DNA of 64,000 nt from Candidatus Yanofskybacteria bacterium RIFCSPLOWO2_02_FULL_41_13 (GCA_001795735.1 MGKQ01000020.1:52050-116049); one strand, 5' to 3'. Shown: positions 9,234 through 18,856, numbered from the stretch's first letter. Notes: a model not told the origin generated them from the letters alone. Translations and numbers: made by a program.

Positions 9234-11831
9234 ATGAAGTTTGAAGCAATAAAAGAACCATTCTGGTCAATGTCCGTTGAGGAGACTCTGCGGACTCTTG
9301 AAACACGGTTGGAGGGACTGACTGAGGAAGAGGCCAAAAATCGTCTAGGCGATTTTGGTCCTAATGAAATAAAAGACGGTAGGAGCTTCTCTGCTCTAAA
9401 GCTATTTTTAAACCAATTCAGGAGCCCCCTAATCTTTGTCCTTATATTTGCCGGCATTGTTACTATATTTCTTCAGGACTGGATCGATACCTTCGTAATA
9501 TTCGGGGCGGTTATGATTAACGTTGCATTAGGATTTTATCAGGAGAACAAGGCGGAGAATGTTCTCGAGCTTTTAAAATCTTACGTTAAAACAAGAACTA
9601 GGGTGCGGCGTTCTGGCCGAGAAGAGATAGAGGATGCTTCAAAGATCGTGCCGGGAGATATTATTCGGATAAGCCAAGGTGACAAAACTCCGGCTGACGG
9701 CAGAATTATATTTGCCAGTAATTTCGAAGTTGATGAGTCCATTCTTACCGGCGAGTCTCTTCCGATAGAAAAAAATATTAATACTCTTGACCCCAGTACG
9801 CCTCTAAGCGACCGAATCTCGATGGTTTTTGAAAGCACGCTTGCCGTCCATGGTTTTGCCGATGTTGTTGTTACTTCAACCGGCGCTAGTACTGAATTTG
9901 GAAAGATTGCTGCCCTTATCTCTAAAAAACAAAAAACAAAAACACCGCTTCAGATAGCTATCTCAAGATTTTCTTTTTGGGTCGGCATTATCCTGCTTGT
10001 AATGACCATCATTCTGTTCGGTTTTGGAATCTATCTTAATTATGATCCGCTGGATATGTTCCTGATCTCTGTTGCAGTTGCCGTTTCAGCAGTTCCGGAA
10101 GGTTTGCCCATCGCTTTGACGGTAATAATGGCTATAGGCGTCGAGCGGTTAGCCAGAAGAAAGGGTGTAGTCAGAAAGCTTCTTGCCGCTGAGACTCTTG
10201 GTTCGACAAGTCTGATACTTACCGACAAGACGGGTACTTTAACTGAAGCAAAAATGGAACTTACAGGAGTAATTCCATATAAAGGATCTTCTCAGGAAGA
10301 GGTTAGTCAGCTGTTATCCGAAGCCCTTACTACGGTAGATGTGGTTATTGAAAACCCCAATGACAATTCGGCTGATTGGCGGATGTTCGGCAATGTTATG
10401 GAGATGGCTTTAGTCCGCGGAGCGGCGCAAAAGAATATTTTTATAAATAAAATTCATGAGGAAATTCCTGTTTATGACCGGCTGGCTTTCAGTTCTGACC
10501 GTAAATTTGCGGCCTCTGTTCATCTCCACAATTCTAACCGCAGGATGATGCTTCTGGGGGCGCCAGAAATTTTAATTAATCACACTAATCTTTCAGATGA
10601 AGATAAAAAAGAAGTTCTCAGTGAAATAGATGAAAGGGCTTTTAGCGGAGAAAGGATATTGGGCGTTATCTCGGTTGAACCGGCTCCGAGCTATGAAAGT
10701 CTTAAGACGTGTGAGGTGAATAATTTTAATTTTGACGGGCTGATAGTCTTTAGGGATCCTTTACGGCCCGGAGTATTTGATTCCATGAAGAGGATAAGTG
10801 ATGCCGGTGTAAGGACAATAGTTGTTACAGGCGATCACAAGGGAACCGCCGAAGCCGTGGCTCGTGAACTTGGTCTGATCGACGGCAAGGGAGCAGTTCT
10901 GACCGGTAATGATATCAATAATTTAAGCAAAGAAGAGCTCTGGTCCAGGGCTGACGAGGTAAGTGTCTATGCCCGGGTTACGCCGGAACAAAAAGTTTCT
11001 ATTGCCAAACTTTATCAGGAAAAAGGAGAAATAGTAGCCATGACCGGAGACGGTGTTAATGATGCCCCCGCTCTCAATGCGGCCAATATCGGAGTTGCTT
11101 TAGGCTCTGGTACTGACGTGACTAAAAGTGCGGCAGATCTGGTTATTCTCGACAATAATTATGAAACAATTGTCGTGGCCATAGAACAAGGAAGGAGGAT
11201 ACTCGACAATATAAGAAAAGTTATTGTTTACCTCCTGTCTAATTCCCTAGACGAACTTTTTCTAATCGGTGGCTCCATGCTTATGGGGATCGCTCTACCT
11301 ATTACGGCCACTCAGATATTATTTGTTAATTTCTTCTCTGATAGCTTTCCGGCCATTGCCTTCGCTTTTGATAAGGGAGTTGATGAGTTGGGTCATAGGC
11401 CCCGAAAATCCGGTAATTTATTTGATTCTCAGATGAAATTTCTTATTTTAGCTATAGGTGCGGCTACGAGTGCTTTGCTGTTTGTTATATACTACCTACT
11501 CATTAAGGTTGGTTTTACGGAGACATTAGTCAGGACTTTTATGTTCGCCTCATTTGGCACTTATGCTCTTGTCGTCTCATTTTCTTTGCGCAGTCTTAGT
11601 AAAAGTATTTTTAGTTATAATCCATTCTCTAACCTGTATTTAGTCGGAGGCGTTTCTATAGGAATAGGACTTACCTTGGCGGCAGTTTATTTACCGTTTC
11701 TACAAAAAATATTAGGGACAGTTGCGTTACCGTTGCCGTGGGCGATCGGTGTCGGTTTAGTCGGATTATTCAATATTCTTGCTGTTGAGTTCGGCAAATG
11801 GATATGGAATAAATTGCATGGTTATAAATAA
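9234..11831 (+). CDS. cation-transporting P-type ATPase (type IIA/IIB, Ca2+/Mg2+-like)
   Basis: DKTGTLT phosphorylation motif, TGES, GDGVNDAPAL, 10 TM architecture. Confidence 0.9.
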   Translation: MKFEAIKEPFWSMSVEETLRTLETRLEGLTEEEAKNRLGDFGPNEIKDGRSFSALKLFLNQFRSPLIFVLIFAGIVTIFLQDWIDTFVIFGAVMINVALGFYQENKAENVLELLKSYVKTRTRVRRSGREEIEDASKIVPGDIIRISQGDKTPADGRIIFASNFEVDESILTGESLPIEKNINTLDPSTPLSDRISMVFESTLAVHGFADVVVTSTGASTEFGKIAALISKKQKTKTPLQIAISRFSFWVGIILLVMTIILFGFGIYLNYDPLDMFLISVAVAVSAVPEGLPIALTVIMAIGVERLARRKGVVRKLLAAETLGSTSLILTDKTGTLTEAKMELTGVIPYKGSSQEEVSQLLSEALTTVDVVIENPNDNSADWRMFGNVMEMALVRGAAQKNIFINKIHEEIPVYDRLAFSSDRKFAASVHLHNSNRRMMLLGAPEILINHTNLSDEDKKEVLSEIDERAFSGERILGVISVEPAPSYESLKTCEVNNFNFDGLIVFRDPLRPGVFDSMKRISDAGVRTIVVTGDHKGTAEAVARELGLIDGKGAVLTGNDINNLSKEELWSRADEVSVYARVTPEQKVSIAKLYQEKGEIVAMTGDGVNDAPALNAANIGVALGSGTDVTKSAADLVILDNNYETIVVAIEQGRRILDNIRKVIVYLLSNSLDELFLIGGSMLMGIALPITATQILFVNFFSDSFPAIAFAFDKGVDELGHRPRKSGNLFDSQMKFLILAIGAATSALLFVIYYLLIKVGFTETLVRTFMFASFGTYALVVSFSLRSLSKSIFSYNPFSNLYLVGGVSIGIGLTLAAVYLPFLQKILGTVALPLPWAIGVGLVGLFNILAVEFGKWIWNKLHGYK

Positions 11832-13005
11832 AAACTATATTATCTGGTCGCTTGTATTTGTACCTATATCAGTCGGAATATTTTTTATTATTCGACAAAG
11901 CATTATTCTTAAATTAGCCAATAATGGAACTAGGGCAGAACTTTATTACGCGGCTAAACGTCTTATAAATCCGCCGGAAATAGTTAGGGCAATTTATTTA
12001 ACTTCCACGAGCGTAGCTAACGGCAATAAAATCGATAAGCTTATAGATCTGGCAAATAAAACTGAACTTAATTCGGTTGTGATAGACATTAAGGACTCTT
12101 CCGGATATATTTCTTACGATTCATCAGTGGCGGAAGCGGAAAAATACAAAACAGAATTAGTTGAGATAAAAGACATCGATGCTTTGGTTAGAAAGTTACA
12201 TGAAAATGGCATTTACGTAATAGGCAGAATGGCGGTTTTTCAAGACCCGATTTTAGCCAAAGCCCGACCCGACTGGGCGGTTAAAAACTCCTCTTTCGGC
12301 GGAACCTGGTATGACAACAGAAGACTTGCCTGGATAGATCCGGCCAATCGCAACGCTTGGCAATATTTTTCCGCTCTGGCTAAGGATGCTTTAATGGCGG
12401 GGATTGATGAAATAAATCTTGATTATATCCGCTTTCCCAGCGATGGAAATCTGGAAGCCATGGTTTTTCCGGCTTGGGAGAAAGAAAAAACCAGGTCCCA
12501 AGTTCTAAAAGAATTTTTTAAGTATATGAGAGAAGAATTAGGCAACGTCAGAATTTCAGTTGATCTTTTTGGGTTTGTAACGACAAGAACCGAAGATTTT
12601 GGAGTCGGGCAGGTGATAGAGGATGCGTTTGAATACTTTGATTACATTTCACCGATGGTTTATCCGTCTCATTATCCGCCTAACTTTCTCGGGTTTACAA
12701 ATCCAGCCGAACATCCTTATGAAGTAATTTATTATACGCTTAGTGAAGGACAAAAACGTCTGAATGAATTTCTTCAGAAAATGAACAACGAACAACGAAC
12801 TTTCCTTCGCCAAGGCTTCGGCGGGCAAGCAATGAACAGAAAACCTAAAATCAGGCCATGGATTCAGGACTTTAAACTAGGTGCTGAATATACTCAAGCG
12901 ATGGTTGAGGCCGAAATTAAAGCCACTCAAGATGCACTGGGCGACCAATATAACGGCTTTATGCTCTGGAATGCGGGGAATAATTACCATGAAGGGGTAT
13001 TTTAG
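11818..13005 (+). CDS. putative glycoside hydrolase-like TIM-barrel protein (DUF4015/GHL-like)
   Basis: N-terminal TM anchor, DYIRFP motif region; start placed at ATG 11818 overlapping the ATPase stop (track 11779). Confidence 0.45.
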   Translation: MVINKNYIIWSLVFVPISVGIFFIIRQSIILKLANNGTRAELYYAAKRLINPPEIVRAIYLTSTSVANGNKIDKLIDLANKTELNSVVIDIKDSSGYISYDSSVAEAEKYKTELVEIKDIDALVRKLHENGIYVIGRMAVFQDPILAKARPDWAVKNSSFGGTWYDNRRLAWIDPANRNAWQYFSALAKDALMAGIDEINLDYIRFPSDGNLEAMVFPAWEKEKTRSQVLKEFFKYMREELGNVRISVDLFGFVTTRTEDFGVGQVIEDAFEYFDYISPMVYPSHYPPNFLGFTNPAEHPYEVIYYTLSEGQKRLNEFLQKMNNEQRTFLRQGFGGQAMNRKPKIRPWIQDFKLGAEYTQAMVEAEIKATQDALGDQYNGFMLWNAGNNYHEGVF

Positions 13006-13016
13006 ATCTCAGAGAC

Positions 13017-13232
13017 TATACCCAGACTTGGATCATTCCTCGCAAGAGATTATTACCTTTCGGTCCACGTTCGCCTTGCTCCAGCGGCAAGGCTCACTCG
13101 ATTGTCGCCGGATTTTGTCAAGGAAAGACCAATTGACAAACCAAGCAATCCGGCGACTCCATGGTCCCGAGAAGGTAATAATCTCTTGCTCGTAGCTTTT
13201 TTTATTTCCTCCCTAGGGTATAGTCTCTGAGA
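13017..13232. mobile_element. MITE-like element, 17-bp terminal inverted repeats TCTCAGAGACTATACCC and nested internal 18-bp inverted repeat
   Basis: TIRs seen directly at both ends. Internal perfect IR GCAAGAGATTATTACCTT / AAGGTAATAATCTCTTGC. Related to the copies at ~20.7 and ~46.7 kb. Confidence 0.6.
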
Positions 13233-13399
13233 TATTATTTTGTATTTACTGAGTAAACTCAAACGGTTTCAAAATAGGAATGGCCAGCAATTATTTTTGC
13301 TAATTTTTTAGAAAAAAGTAATGTGTTAGTGGGAGGTTAGAGATATTGATTAGAGGCGCTTATTTTACTAGAATGAGGTTATCTTAAGGCTCAATACCT

Positions 13400-15316
13400 A
13401 TGGAAAAACCAGGTTTTCTCAAAGAAAAATACAATTTACACAATACTCCCGAAGTAGATTCGGCCGCGAAAAGAACCGAAGCCAAGACCAAAGAAAAAGT
13501 CTCTCAGAAGCCAGAGGCCAGAATCCAGAACTATCTTGACCGATTAAAGCATCTTGCCCTTGATCCGGATAAAAAGCAGAAAAGAGAGATGTTTGGATAT
13601 GAACCGCGACCGCGTGCTTTATCACTGCTTCGAGAAATGGTTATGAATAAATATGTGCGTCCAAACAAAGAAAAAATGGCCGAAGGGGCGGCAAGAGTCG
13701 AAGAACGTGCGGCAAGAGAGTTGGGTATCGAAGCTCATTATGGAGAACAAGAGCTCGAACAACGCGGAGAAATCGCCGTCGAAGATTTGGAAAAATCATT
13801 GGATGAATGGATAAAATACCTATCCGATGCCAATGAGCCATATCCTATTTGGTTCAGATATTATGTTTTTCGAAATATTCTAGATCTTGGGGACTATGAT
13901 AAGGATAAAGGCGAATTTACTAAACGTTCTGAGGGGACAATCCGTCTTTTTCCAGAAGTAGACCGCGGAGCTCTTGGTTATGTTCAGGAAAGGATGGAGG
14001 CTTCTAAAGATCTCGAAGCGCTGGAACGTCTACTAAAAGCTCAAAAGACAATTGATACTCCCCAAGACCAGCTTATAACCAAAGAAAAGGCGGTTAGTTT
14101 TGCTAAGCTCTCTTTTGCTAAACAATATGCGGAAGGCATAAAACAAGCTGGAGAAATAACTTCGGAGATGCGGGAAGAAAAAGGGGGCAAGTGGGTAAAA
14201 TATCAGAAAGGGACGGATCCTACGGCATTGTGGGCATCTCTCCAGAACAAGGGTACCGCCTGGTGTACTAAAGGATTTGCTACAGCAGAAACTCAACTCA
14301 AGAGCGGTGATTTTTATGTCTATTATACCAACGATAAACAAGGCAAACCAACAATTCCACGCATAGCCATCAGAATGCAGGAAGATAGTATCGGAGAGGT
14401 CCGTGGAGTAGCGGACAATGATCAGAATCTCGAAGGAAATATGGCCGATATTGCTGAAAAAAAGATGGCTGAACTGCCGGGAGCAGAAAGATACCGCAAG
14501 GCTTCAGCGGATATGAAAACTCTGACTGCTATTGATAAAAAAGTAAGAAGTGGTCAAGAGCTCAAAAAGGACGACCTGATCTTCCTATATGAAATCAATT
14601 CATCCATCGAAGGCTTTGGCTATCAGAGAGATCCGCGTATTGAAGAATTAAGATCAAAAAGAAATTCTAAAGAAGACGCCCCTATAGTTTTGGATTGTAA
14701 ACCAGAAGAGATTGCCCACTCAACAGGCGATGTGGATGATAATACCAAGGCTTATATCGGCAAACTTCCGCTAGGCATTTTTGATACTAGTAATCGCAGG
14801 ATATTACCTGAAGGTGTTGAGCATATTTACACCTCATTTCCGGAAGGCAAGATCAGGAAAATGGAGGTCTTTATAGGTGGAAAATCTAAAGAAGAACTCA
14901 AAAAAGAATTGGCCATGAAGAATATTAAAGTCACTTCCTATGCCACGAGCGTGATGGATGGCAATAATTTTACCATTAAGGAAAGTTCTGAAAAACTCGA
15001 ATTGGTAAGATTAACCGTCAAAGACCTTGGTTTTTCCAATAGTGCTACGACACAGGAAATATTTGATAAAGCTAAAACTCTAGGCTTAGATCTTTGTCCG
15101 GCAGAAGTCGGACCCAACCTGAGACTTCAATATGAAAACCAGCCGCTAGGCGAATGGGTTTATGTTGCCATGAAACCAATTACCGATTCTGGCGGCAATC
15201 CGCGCGTCTTCAACTTGGTTCGCGACGTAGACGGTCTGTGGTTGCACGGCTATTGGGCCAATCCGGATAGCAGGTGGCGTCCCGGCAGTGAGTTTGTTTT
15301 CTGCCTTCGCAAGTGA
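13400..15316 (+). CDS. DGR variable (target) protein, function unknown; C-terminal VR encoded at ~15179-15315
   Basis: The last ~45 codons are repeated (with A-specific differences) in the TR downstream. C-terminus ends FVFCLRK, compatible with a CLec/FGE-type VR scaffold. Confidence 0.8.
   Translation: MEKPGFLKEKYNLHNTPEVDSAAKRTEAKTKEKVSQKPEARIQNYLDRLKHLALDPDKKQKREMFGYEPRPRALSLLREMVMNKYVRPNKEKMAEGAARVEERAARELGIEAHYGEQELEQRGEIAVEDLEKSLDEWIKYLSDANEPYPIWFRYYVFRNILDLGDYDKDKGEFTKRSEGTIRLFPEVDRGALGYVQERMEASKDLEALERLLKAQKTIDTPQDQLITKEKAVSFAKLSFAKQYAEGIKQAGEITSEMREEKGGKWVKYQKGTDPTALWASLQNKGTAWCTKGFATAETQLKSGDFYVYYTNDKQGKPTIPRIAIRMQEDSIGEVRGVADNDQNLEGNMADIAEKKMAELPGAERYRKASADMKTLTAIDKKVRSGQELKKDDLIFLYEINSSIEGFGYQRDPRIEELRSKRNSKEDAPIVLDCKPEEIAHSTGDVDDNTKAYIGKLPLGIFDTSNRRILPEGVEHIYTSFPEGKIRKMEVFIGGKSKEELKKELAMKNIKVTSYATSVMDGNNFTIKESSEKLELVRLTVKDLGFSNSATTQEIFDKAKTLGLDLCPAEVGPNLRLQYENQPLGEWVYVAMKPITDSGGNPRVFNLVRDVDGLWLHGYWANPDSRWRPGSEFVFCLRK
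15179..15315 (+). repeat. DGR variable region (VR)
   Basis: 137-nt match to TR with 18 mismatches, all at TR adenine positions. Confidence 0.85.
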
Positions 15317-15605
15317 TTTTTTGATTCTTTAAATCTTTCAGAAATTTTAATTTTTTGTTTCTTTTGAAACTTTGATATAATTATTTTGGTTTGGTTAATC
15401 GGACGGCCACGGCTTTCCGAAACCATTCTAACGGATACGAGTTGAGAGCGTAGACGGTCAAGGCTTTCTGCGGAGGATTTGTATCATGTTATACAAAAAG
15501 AAAACACTTGGTGTACCATGCTGGCGGAGTCTTGCTCCCAAATAATATACAGCCCCAGCCTCTTATAAAGATTCGGCGGGCAGTGGTAATGATGGCATGG
15601 TGCAC

Positions 15606-15742
15606 ATAACCGATTCTAGCGGCAATCCGAACGTCTTCAACTTGGAACGCAACGAAGACGGTCTGTGGTTGAACGACAATTGGGCCAATCCGGATAACAG
15701 GTGGAATCCCGACAATGAGTTTGTTTTCTGCCTTCGAAAGTA
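15606..15742 (+). repeat. DGR template repeat (TR), non-coding, AAC-rich
   Basis: Base-by-base alignment with VR: every difference is TR A to VR C/G/T. Track ORF 15597..15878 here is spurious. Confidence 0.85.
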
Positions 15743-15756
15743 TCTTCTTTTCCGCA

Positions 15757-16080
15757 TTACAAGGTGCGGTTTTTCTTTTCAGGATTCTCCAGGCTTTTCT
15801 TCCAGCCACCCAACATTTTTCCAATTTCTTCCAACTTCAAAGCGATATCCCCACATTGTTTGTTTGAGATTAGCTTAGCCTCCCAAGCCACAGAAATAAG
15901 AAATTTAAGAGTGTCAGTAATCAATATACAGCCTGAAATCTTTTCCGATTTTTTATCTTTTTCGGTAAAGTAAGCTTTGTGAGAAAGTTCAAGAAGATCT
16001 ATAAATTTATTTTCAATTCGTGCACCTAATGTGTAGCGTGCACCCTTAGTAATATGCGGAACAATATTCATCCAAACCAA
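15757..16080 (-). CDS. avd: Avd-like accessory variability determinant (four-helix-bundle protein)
   Basis: 107 aa helical protein. C-terminal EEIGKMLGGW resembles the Avd/TIGR02436 ILGSWI region. Lies between TR and RT but on the opposite strand. Confidence 0.6.
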   Translation of the reverse strand: MVWMNIVPHITKGARYTLGARIENKFIDLLELSHKAYFTEKDKKSEKISGCILITDTLKFLISVAWEAKLISNKQCGDIALKLEEIGKMLGGWKKSLENPEKKNRTL

Positions 16081-16105
16081 ATATCCCTCTTTGATTCGAT
16101 TCAGG

Positions 16106-17131
16106 ATGGAGGCACCATTGGAAGGCTGGGGGGGGGGCTTTAAAGGTGTTCATAATACATATTATGATATCATCTCTGTCCAAAATTTGCTTGTCGCATG
16201 GCAAGAATTTCTAAAAGGAAAACGTAAACGTCGGGATGTTGAGAGGTTCTCGGTTAACCTACTAGATAATATCCTAAAGTTAAATAGAGAATTGGCAGAT
16301 AAAACATACAGACATGGGGCATATCATGCGTTTAGAATAAATGATCCAAGGCCTCGCAATATCCATAAAGCTAGTGTTCGTGATCGACTTTTGCACCATG
16401 CGATTTACAGAATTTTATACCCATACTTTGATCCAAAATTTATTTTCGATTCTTTTTCTTGCCGTCGAGTAAAGGGTACACACCGGGCAATAAATAGGTT
16501 CCATAAATACTGCCGAAAGGTTTCACATAATCACACTCGAACAGTTTGGGTTTTGAAATGTGATATTAAAAAGTTTTTCGAGAATATTAACCACGGTATT
16601 TTAATGGGTATTTTGAAACGATATATTCAGGACGACGATGTCGTATGGTTGTTGGGCGGGGTTATGGATAGTTTCCATTCAAAAAGTAAACACGGCACGG
16701 GACTACCTTTAGGCAACTTGACTAGCCAATTACTAGTTAATATCTACATGAACGAATTTGACCATTTTGTAAAACGTGAGCTGGGGACACTACATTATAT
16801 TCGTTATGCCGATGATTTTATAATTATCCATGAGAGTAGAAGATATTTAGAAAACCTATTACCTAGTATCTCTATATTTTTAGAAAAACAGTTAAAGCTT
16901 CAACTCCATCCGGATAAGGTATTTATTAAAACCCTCTACTCTGGTGTCGATTTTCTTGGCTGGGTTCATTTTTCAACACATAGAGTGTTAAGAACTACGA
17001 CGAAACACAGGATGTTTAGAAACATTCAAGATAACCGCGGGAACGACAACGCCATTCAGTCTTATCTCGGTCTGATCAGTCATGGTAACGCAAGGGGCTT
17101 AGGGCGAAAGATAGAAGAATTATTGTTGTGA
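16106..17131 (+). CDS. DGR reverse transcriptase
   Basis: LPLGNLTSQ (DGR-specific) motif, YADDF catalytic motif, N-terminal LLVAWQEFLKGKRKRR. First ATG is 16106 (track TTG 16091); alternative TTG at ~16184. Confidence 0.9.
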   Translation: MEAPLEGWGGGFKGVHNTYYDIISVQNLLVAWQEFLKGKRKRRDVERFSVNLLDNILKLNRELADKTYRHGAYHAFRINDPRPRNIHKASVRDRLLHHAIYRILYPYFDPKFIFDSFSCRRVKGTHRAINRFHKYCRKVSHNHTRTVWVLKCDIKKFFENINHGILMGILKRYIQDDDVVWLLGGVMDSFHSKSKHGTGLPLGNLTSQLLVNIYMNEFDHFVKRELGTLHYIRYADDFIIIHESRRYLENLLPSISIFLEKQLKLQLHPDKVFIKTLYSGVDFLGWVHFSTHRVLRTTTKHRMFRNIQDNRGNDNAIQSYLGLISHGNARGLGRKIEELLL

Positions 17132-17191
17132 CAAAAGGCAACAATGCGTCAATTATGGTAATATACAAAAATTGAGCGTGAATTTAGTAAG

Positions 17192-17324
17192 TTGAAAACA
17201 AATCAGTTAGCAGACCATCTGCAGGCGAGCGGGCGCGGTTCCGCCGTAGGCGGAGAGCGAGCCGAAGCCGAGCAGGATTTCTCGCAGGGAAATCCTGCGT
17301 GTCTGAGAACTGATTTGTTTTCAA
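17192..17324. repeat. GC-rich element bounded by ~23-bp inverted repeats (TTGAAAACAAATCAGTT.GCAGAC), contains internal hairpins
   Basis: Seen directly between the RT stop and the CcdA start. The GC-rich interior is atypical for this AT-rich genome. Confidence 0.5.
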
Positions 17325-17331
17325 ATATAAT

Positions 17332-18099
17332 ATGCCCGAATTTAGTCTTACGATAACAATCTCTGCTTTTATTGCCGGAGTGCTGACATTCTTTGCGCCA
17401 TGTACCTTGCCGTTAATCCCGGCCTTCTTAGGTATCATCTCCGGTTCTAGTACAGATGAACTTCGTGATCCGAATAAATTAAAAATGATACGTGGCAGGA
17501 TTTTTAGGAATGCAATCTTTTATGTTCTTGGCTTCTCTTTAATTTTTATATTATTCGGAGTCTCGTTTACTTTTGTCAGCCAAGTTCTTGGGCTAAGAGA
17601 ATGGATTCAAGGAATCGGAGGAGTTCTAATAATTATTTTCGGGTTAGTTATTATGGGTTGGTTAAGACTTCCTTTTTTAAATCAAGAGAAGCAGGTCAGA
17701 GTCCCTCAATTATTTCAAAAAGCATCTTTTTTAAATTCCTTTTTGTTGGGCGCCTTATTTGCCATCGGCTGGTCTCCCTGTGTTGGGCCACTTCTTGGTT
17801 CGGTACTTCTTCTGGCTTCAACTTCAGGCACTATTTTGGAGGGCACTTTTCTACTTGTGGTTTTTGCGATCGGACTGGGAATACCATTTTTGGTAACCGC
17901 TTTATTGATAGGCAAAGCCTTTACGGCTTTTGGAAGATGGGGGAATGTCCTCTCGGTGATAAATAAAATTGCGGGGATATTTTTGATATTTCTGGGATTT
18001 TTACTGACAATCGGCTGGTTCAGCGCTTTTCACAATAAATTGATATTTTATTTCTACCAATTACCCTATTTCGAGGTGTTTATCAATAGGTTCCTATAA
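17332..18099 (+). CDS. ccdA: cytochrome c-type biogenesis/thiol-disulfide transporter CcdA (DsbD family)
   Basis: FFAPCTLPLIPAF and second conserved Cys in a TM region (SPCVGPLLG). Confidence 0.8.
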   Translation: MPEFSLTITISAFIAGVLTFFAPCTLPLIPAFLGIISGSSTDELRDPNKLKMIRGRIFRNAIFYVLGFSLIFILFGVSFTFVSQVLGLREWIQGIGGVLIIIFGLVIMGWLRLPFLNQEKQVRVPQLFQKASFLNSFLLGALFAIGWSPCVGPLLGSVLLLASTSGTILEGTFLLVVFAIGLGIPFLVTALLIGKAFTAFGRWGNVLSVINKIAGIFLIFLGFLLTIGWFSAFHNKLIFYFYQLPYFEVFINRFL

Positions 18100-18100
18100 A

Positions 18101-18856
18101 ATGAGAAATTATCTAAAAAAGCACAAACGTCACATTAGATTACTACTTCTTACTCTCGCTGGTTCGTGTGGGGTTTTAGTTTTGTCTGTCCTGTGGGACT
18201 TTGGAATTATAAATTTACCGCCGTCTCTAGTTTATTATATGAAGTTTGCTTCGAGCGGGGTTCATTCTCTTCCGGCGGCTGACGTTGTGCTACCTCTTAA
18301 GTTCCACCGCCAGGAGCATTCTTTAAGCTGTGAAGCGGCAACGCTAAAAATGGTTCTTGATTATCATGGTATAGATGTTTCCGAATCAGAGGTCATAAGC
18401 AAAATTCCAGTTGACGCTACTGTGCGATCTGGTGATGTTTGGGGAGATCCACATGTCGGCTTCGTCGGTAATGTAGATGGTAAAATGATGATTGACGGCT
18501 ATGGTGTTTATTGGGAGCCGATTGCTGTTGTGGCCAGCGAATGGAAAAAAACTGGCATAATAAAAAATGGCTCAGTCTCCGACTTAGTCGGCCATATCTC
18601 GGAAGGCCGGCCGATTATTATTTGGGGTTATCTCGGCAGGGGCAGGCCGGTGAGCTGGAAGACTCCGGATGGGGAGACGGTTAGAGCCGTTAACGGGGAG
18701 CATACGAGAGTGGTCTATGGGTATAAAGGATCGGCCGAAAAACCGGAGGGATTTTTTGTTATGGATCCGATATACGGCCCGGCTTTTTGGGAAACATCAG
18801 AACTTCTTCGCAACTGGGATGCATTCGAACGGATGGGGGTTGTGGTCTATCCTTAG
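18101..18856 (+). CDS. C39-like cysteine peptidase domain protein (Peptidase_C39_2-like), secreted/membrane-anchored
   Basis: signal anchor, SCEAATLKMVLDYHG motif around the putative catalytic Cys. Confidence 0.55.
   Translation: MRNYLKKHKRHIRLLLLTLAGSCGVLVLSVLWDFGIINLPPSLVYYMKFASSGVHSLPAADVVLPLKFHRQEHSLSCEAATLKMVLDYHGIDVSESEVISKIPVDATVRSGDVWGDPHVGFVGNVDGKMMIDGYGVYWEPIAVVASEWKKTGIIKNGSVSDLVGHISEGRPIIIWGYLGRGRPVSWKTPDGETVRAVNGEHTRVVYGYKGSAEKPEGFFVMDPIYGPAFWETSELLRNWDAFERMGVVVYP

Noticed and set aside
12881-13262. ORFs 12881..13195 (+) and 13053..13262 (-)
   Set aside because: They lie inside the MITE-like element with nested inverted repeats. They are hairpin-symmetric sequence producing ORFs on both strands, with no protein-like composition.
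15597-15878. 93-aa plus-strand ORF resembling the C-terminus of the upstream protein
   Set aside because: It is the DGR template repeat read in frame (AAC-rich, non-coding by definition). The similarity to the target C-terminus is the TR/VR relationship, not a paralogous gene.
15764-15973. plus-strand 69-aa ORF overlapping the Avd-like gene
   Set aside because: It has low-complexity hydrophobic/Ser-rich translation with no helical-bundle pattern. The minus-strand frame gives the Avd-like C-terminal motif.
17184-17438. 84-aa minus-strand ORF between RT and ccdA
   Set aside because: It overlaps the inverted-repeat GC-rich element and the ccdA start. It is a composition-driven spurious ORF.
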